From: the human T2T-CHM13v2.0 reference genome, Homo sapiens
Length of the DNA stretch: 64,000 nt
Assembly: GCF_009914755.1 (NCBI RefSeq)
Contig: NC_060934.1
Reading direction: 5' to 3' (one strand)
Both the position numbers and the translations under genes were made by a program. Of this stretch, positions 57,301 through 64,000 are shown piece after piece (position 1 is the first letter of the stretch; the number at the start of each line of letters is the position of its first letter). The notes under the pieces are model-generated. The model saw only the letters and a list, made by a program, of their open reading frames with translations. It was not told the DNA's origin and did no database searches.

Positions 57301-59692
57301 CAATTCTACTGAACTATTCCACAAGATTGAGAAGGAGGGAAACCTCCCTACCTCATTCGACCCAGTCAGTATCATCCTGATACCAAAGCCAAGAAAGAAC
57401 CTAGCAAAATAAGAAAACTACAGACCAATATCCCTGTTGTATATAGATGCAAAAATCCTCAACAAAATACTAGAAATGGAATGAACTAGAACAAAAAAAA
57501 AAATCATGATGAAGTGGGTTTTATTCCGACTTTTTCTTTCTCAATAGGTGCAGAAAAAGCATTTGATAAAATCTGGTATCCCTTTATGATAAAAATTCTC
57601 AACAAACTAGTTATAGATGAAACATACCTCAAAATAATAAAAGCCATCTATGACAGATTCACAGCTAACATAATACTGAAAGGGGAGAACTTGAAAGAAT
57701 TCCCCCTAAGAATGGGAACAAGACAAGGATGCCCACTTTCACCACTTCTATTCAGTATAATACCGGAAGTCCTAGCCAGAGCAATCAGGCAAGAGAAATA
57801 AAGGGCATCCAAACTGGAAAAGAGGAAGTCAAACTTATGTCTATTTGCTGATGATGTGATCATATACCTAGAAAACCCTGACTCCTCCAAAGAATCCTAG
57901 ATCTGATAAATGAATCCAGTAAAGTCTCAGGTTACAAAATTAATATACATAAATCAGTGGCAATGCTATATGCACTGAGAACCAAGCTGAGTATGAAATT
58001 GAGAACTCAATTCCTTTTACAATAGTTATACAAAAATATTTAGGAACATATATAACCAAGGAAGTGAAACATCTGTACAAGGAGAACTACAAAATACTGC
58101 TAAATAAATCACAGGTGACACAAACAAATGGAAATACACCTTATGCTCATGGATTGGAAGAATCAATATCGTGAAAATGACCATACTGCCCAAAGCAATT
58201 TACAGATTCAATGTAATTCCTATCAAAATAACCAACATCGTTTTTTCAGATAATTAGAAAAAAAATCATAAAATTCACATGGAACCAAAATAGAGCCCAA
58301 ATAGCCAAAGCAATCCTAAGCAAAAAGAACAAATCTGAAGGTGACATCACATTACCTAACTTCAAAATACACTACAGGGCTATAGTTACCAAAACAGTAT
58401 GGTACTGGTAAAAAAGTAGTTACATAGACCGTGGAACAAAATAGAGAACCAAGAAATAAAGCCGAATACTTACAACCAACTGATCTTTGGCAAAGCGTAC
58501 AAAAACATAAATTGGGGAAAGGACATCCCATTAAATAAATGGTGATGGGAAAATTGAATAGCCACATGTAGAAGAATGAAACTGGATTCCTACCTGTCAC
58601 CATATACAAAAATTAAGATAGATTAAAGACTTAAATCTAAGACCTGAAACCATGAAAATTCTAGAAGAAAAACTTTTCTGGACATTGGCCTAAGCAAAGA
58701 ATTTATGAATAAGACATCAAAAGCAAATGCAGCAAAAGCAAAAATAAATAAATGGGACCTAATTAAACAAAAGCTTCTGCACAGCAAAAGAAATAACCAT
58801 TAAATAGACAACCTACAGAATGAGAGAAAAAATCTGCGAATTTTGCATCTGACAACATACACGGAACTCAAATCACTAAGAAAAAACAAATAATCCCATT
58901 AAAGAGTGGGCAAAGGACATGAATAGACAGTTTTCAAAGGATGATTTGCAAATGGCCAACAAACATGCAGAAATGCTCAACATCACTAATCATCAGGGAA
59001 ATGCAAGTTAAAACGCAACAAGATACTACTGTACCCCAGCCAGAATGACCATTATTAAAAATTCAAATAACAATAGATGTTGGCATGGACAGGGTGAAAA
59101 AGGAACACTTATACACTGCTGGTTGGAATGTAAATTAGTATAACTTCTATAGAATACAGTATGGAGATTTGATCCATGAATTCCACTACTGAGTATCTAC
59201 CCAATGGAAAGGAAATCAATATATAAAAAAGACATATTTATCACAGCACAGTTCACAATTGTAATGATACGGAATCAACCTAAATACCCATCAACCAAAG
59301 AGTAGATAAAGAAAATGTGGCATATGTATATTGTAGAATACTACTCAGCCATAAAAAAGAATGAAATAATGTCTTTTGCAGCAACTGGGATGGAACTGGA
59401 GGCTATTATTCTAAGTGAAGTAATTCTGGAATCAAAATCTAAATCCAACATGTTCTCATTTACAGGTGGTTTCTAAGCTTATGGATATGCAAGGGCATAC
59501 AGAGTGGTATAATGTACATTGGAGACTCAGAAGGCTGGCAAGCAGGAGAGAGGTGAGAGATGAAAAAGTACCTATTGGATATAGTGTTCAGGTGGTGGGT
59601 GCACTAAAATTCTAGACTTCTCCATGGTACCGTTCATCCATGTAACCAAAAAATCACTCATACCCCTAAAGCTACTGAAATAAAAAAAAATT
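54325..59692 (+). mobile_element. L1PB(3/4-like), 5.4 kb, retaining 5' end, ORF1, ORF2 and 3'UTR, all decayed
   Basis: 5' caagatagcagattggagg..ctagcatgcctctcccactt; ORF1 peptide ARILYPAKLSF; ORF2 peptide [13 protein letters not shown]; 3' catccatgtaaccaaaaa..cccctaaagctactgaaat plus A-tail; flanks gggcatta/gtacatta. Confidence 0.88.
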
Positions 59693-62009
59693 TTTGAAGT
59701 ACATTATGTAATGATGAAAGGGCCAATTCACCAGGAAGGTATGACAATGATAAATGTACATGTACTTTACAGCAGAACACAAAAAATATATAAGGCAAAC
59801 ATGGACAAAATTGAAGGGAGAAATAGTAACATAATAATAATAGAATATTTCAGTGCCCCACTTTTAATAACCAGACAGAATATTAGTAGAGAAACAGAGC
59901 ACTTGAATAATGCTATAGACCAATTGGACCTAACAGATACATACAGAACACTGCACACCAAAACAGCAGAATAGATAGTCTTTTCAAGTGCACTAGGAGC
60001 ATTCTTCAGGATATATCACATGGTAGGCCACAAAACTAGTATTAAGAGAAGATTGAAGTCATATCAAGTATCTTTTTAGACCATATTGTAATAAAACTAG
60101 AAATCAGTAGCACAAGAAAAACTAGAAAATTCACAAATATGTGGAAATTAAACAACACACTCTTGAATAATCAGTGGATCAAAGATGAAATCATGGGAAA
60201 TTAGAAAATATATTGAAAAATGAATATGAAAACACAACATAGCACAACACATAAGATGCAGCAAAAGCAGTAGTAAGAGGGAAGTTTATAGCAGTAAACA
60301 TCCATATTAAGAAAATCTCCAATCAACAACCTAACTTTATACTTAAGGGGACTAGAAAAGGAAGAACAAGCTAAACCCAAAGTTAGCAGAAGGAAGGGAG
60401 GAATAAAAATTAGAGTCCAAATAAATGAAATAGATAATAGAAAAAGAGTAAAAAAAAAAGGCTATGAAACTAAGAGTTGGTTTCTTAAAAAGATCAACAA
60501 AATCAACAGTTCCATATTTAGCTAGAATAAGAAGAAAACAAAGACTCAAATAACAAAAATCAGAAAAGAAAGAAGAGACATTACAACTGATGCCACAGAA
60601 ATGTAAAGTATCATAATAGAGTACTATGAACAATTATACACCAACAAATTATATAACCTTGAAGAAATGCATACATTTCCAGAAATGTACAATCAAGACC
60701 AAATTATGAAGAAATAAAATATCTGAGTGGACATATACTGGTAAGGAGATTGAATCAGCAATCAGAAGCCTCCTGACAAAAGCCCAGGACCAGATGGCTT
60801 CACTGGAGAATGCTTCTAAACAATTAAATAAGAATTAACACCAGTCCTTCTCAAACTCTTCCAGAAAACTGTAGAGGAGGAAACGCTTGCAAACTCATTC
60901 TACAAGGTCAACATTACTCTGATACCAAAACCAGGATATGCAAAAATCCTCAACAAAATTTTAGCAAACTGAATTCAACACCACATTGAAAGAGTGGTGC
61001 ATTATGACCAAGTGGGATTTATTACTGAAATGCAAGTATGGTCCAGCATATAAAAATCAAGGTAATACTGATATGTTAACAGAATGAAGGAAATGTAACA
61101 CATGATCATCTCAATTGATGCAGAAGAAGCATTTGAGAAAGTCATACACCCTTTCATGACAAAACACTAACCAAACAAGGAATAGAAGGAAATTACCTCA
61201 ATGAAATAAAGGGCCATGTGTGAAAAGCCCACAACTGACATCATACTCAGTGGTGAAAACTGAATCCTTTCTCTTTAAGATGATGCACAAGGGAAGGATT
61301 CCTTTTCTCACCACTTCTATTCAACATTGTATTAAAAATTTTACCCAGACCAAGCAGGCAAGAAAAACAAAAAGCATCCAAATAGGAAAGGAATAAATAT
61401 AATGATCTTTTCATAGGTGACATGATCTTGTACGTAGAAAACCCTAATGATTCCACACACACACATAAAACTGCTAGAACTAATAAACAAATTTAGCAAA
61501 GTTGCAGGACACAAAATCAACACACAAAAGTCAGTTACATTTCTATACTCAGCAATGACCAATCTGAAAAGGCAGTTGAGGAAACAATCACATTTACAGT
61601 AGCATCAAAAAGAATAAAATACTTAGGAATAAACTTTACCAATGAGGCGAAACACTTCTACACTGAAAACTACAAAACTTTGCAGAAAAAATTGCAGAAA
61701 ACACAACTAAATGGAAAGACCTTCTGTGTTCATGGTTTGGAATCCTTAATATTTTGTTAAAGTATCTCTATTACCCAAACCAATCTACAGATTCAATATA
61801 AGCCCTATTGAAATAGCAGTGTTATTTTTTGCAGAAATAGAAAAAAAAATTCTAAAATTCATATGGAATCTCAGAGGACCCAGAAAAGCCAAAAAAGTCT
61901 TGAGAAAAGAAAAACAAAGCTCGAAACCTCGTATGTCCTGACTTAAAAACATATTACAAATCCATAGCAATCAAAATATTATGGTAGTGGAATAAAGACA
62001 GACATATAA

Positions 62010-62333
<324 letters not shown>

Positions 62334-63662
62334 CTAGTGGAACAGAATAGAGAATCGAGAAATAAATCCTCGCCTATATAGTCAAATGATTTTTGACAAA
62401 GATGCCAAGGCTACTAGTAGGGAAAGGACAATCTCTTCAACAGATGATGTTGGAAAAACTGGATATTGGCATGCAGAAGAATGGTATAACCTTATACCAG
62501 ATTAAAAAAAATTAAATGGATTAAGACCTAAATGTAATACCTGAAATTATTAAGCTCCTAGAAGAAAACAGGGGAAAAGCTTCATGACATTGGGTTTGGC
62601 AATGATTTTGTGGATTTAACACAAAAAGCACAGGCACCAGAAGCAAAAATAGACAAATAGGACATCAGACCTAAAAACTTTTGTGCAGCAAAGGAAAATC
62701 AACAGAGTGAAAAGGCAGTCTACGTAATGGGAGAAAATAATTGCAAACCATATATCTCATAACGGGTACATAACCAATATATGTAAAGAACTTCTGTAAC
62801 TCAATAACAAACATCAAAATTTAAAAATGGGCAAAGGACTCGAATATATCAAAGAAGATATACAGTTAGCCAACAAACATGAAAATATAAACATCGGCAT
62901 GAAAAGATCAACATCAAGTAATTGTTAAGGAAATGTAACTCAAAACCACAAGAGGTATCACCTTGCACTCATTAGGATGGCCATTATTAAAAAAAAAACA
63001 AACTGAAAAAAACAAGTGTTGGTTAGGATCTGGAGAAATTGCAATCCTTTTGCACTGTTGGTGGGAATGTAAAGTGATGCCACTAGGGAAAATGATATAG
63101 AGGCTCCTCAAAAAATTAAAACCAAAATTACCGTATAATTCAGCAATCTCACTTCTGGGTTTATATACAAGGAATTGAAAACAGGACCCCATGGAGATAT
63201 GTGCACACCCATTTGCATTGCAGCATTATTTCCAGTAGCTAAGAGGTGGAAACAACCTAAATGTTAATCAGCAGAGACAGGGATAAAAAAATGTGATATA
63301 GACATACAATGGAATATTGCTCAGGATTAAAAAAAGGAAATCCTGTCATATGCTACAACATAGATAAACCTGGAGGTCATCATGCTAACTTAAATAAACC
63401 AGTCACAGACACATACCACATGATTCCACTTACATGAGGTATCTAAAATAGCCATACTCTTAGAAACAGAAAGTAGAATGGGTAGTTACCAAGGGATAGG
63501 GATGAAGAAAGGGAGAGTTGTTTAGTGGTTATAGAGTTTTGGTTTTGCAAGATAAGGAAGTTCTGTGTTTCTTTTTTACAACAATGTGCATGTAGTCAAC
63601 ACTATTGTAATGTACACTGAAAAATGGTTAAAATGGTAAATTTTGTTACTCCTCCCATCCCA

Positions 63663-63950
63663 CTTTTTTAGACAGGGTCTGGCTCCTGTCACCTAGGCTA
63701 GAGTGCAGTGGTGTGATCATAGCTCACTGCAACCTTGAACTCCTGGGCTCAAGCAGTACTCCTGCCTAAGCCTCCCCAATAGCTAGGACTATGGTTATGT
63801 GCCACTAGGCTCAGCTAATTTTTTTAGGTTTTGTAGAGACAGTCTTGCCATGTTGCCCAGGCTAGTGTTGAACTTCTGGCCTCAAGCGATCCTCCTGTCT
63901 CGGCCTCTCAAAGCACTGGGATTACAGGGTGTGAACCACTATGCCTGGCC
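63663..63950 (-). mobile_element. AluJ inserted into the host L1 3'UTR
   Basis: agacagggtct...ctcctgggctcaagc...gaaccactatgcctggcc. Confidence 0.9.
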
Positions 63951-64000
63951 TATGTTTTTTTTTTTAACCATAATTAAAAAAAAAAAAAAAAAGAAACCAC

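Overview
Human (primate) genomic DNA containing the promoter, CpG island and first coding exon of BICC1 (Bicaudal C homolog 1) on the + strand. The ATG is at 33319 and the phase-1 splice donor follows 33508. About 33 kb of repeat-rich upstream sequence precede it and about 30 kb of intron 1 follow. No other real protein-coding gene is visible; the remaining ORFs are transposon remnants or low-complexity/GC-rich artefacts. Repeats include Alus, MaLR and ERV1 solo LTRs, a full-length Tigger1 with a nested MST LTR, MADE1, Hsmar2, and a nested L1MB/L1PB stack. Most notable observations: (1) a 43-nt hairpin with TAR-like geometry, carrying a poly(A) tail and a perfect 15-bp TSD at 39757-39856, apparently an L1-retroposed micro-RNA of LTR origin; (2) two tail-to-tail L1PA elements in intron 1 forming a ~1.3-kb inverted repeat with a ~330-bp homogenised tract that points to gene conversion; (3) an AUG uORF reading an interrupted GGC repeat as poly-glycine in the likely BICC1 5'UTR; (4) two twin-primed L1 insertions and a 24-nt micro-insertion with an 18-bp TSD. 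Repeat family names come from remembered consensus sequences, not a search, and boundaries of old elements are approximate.
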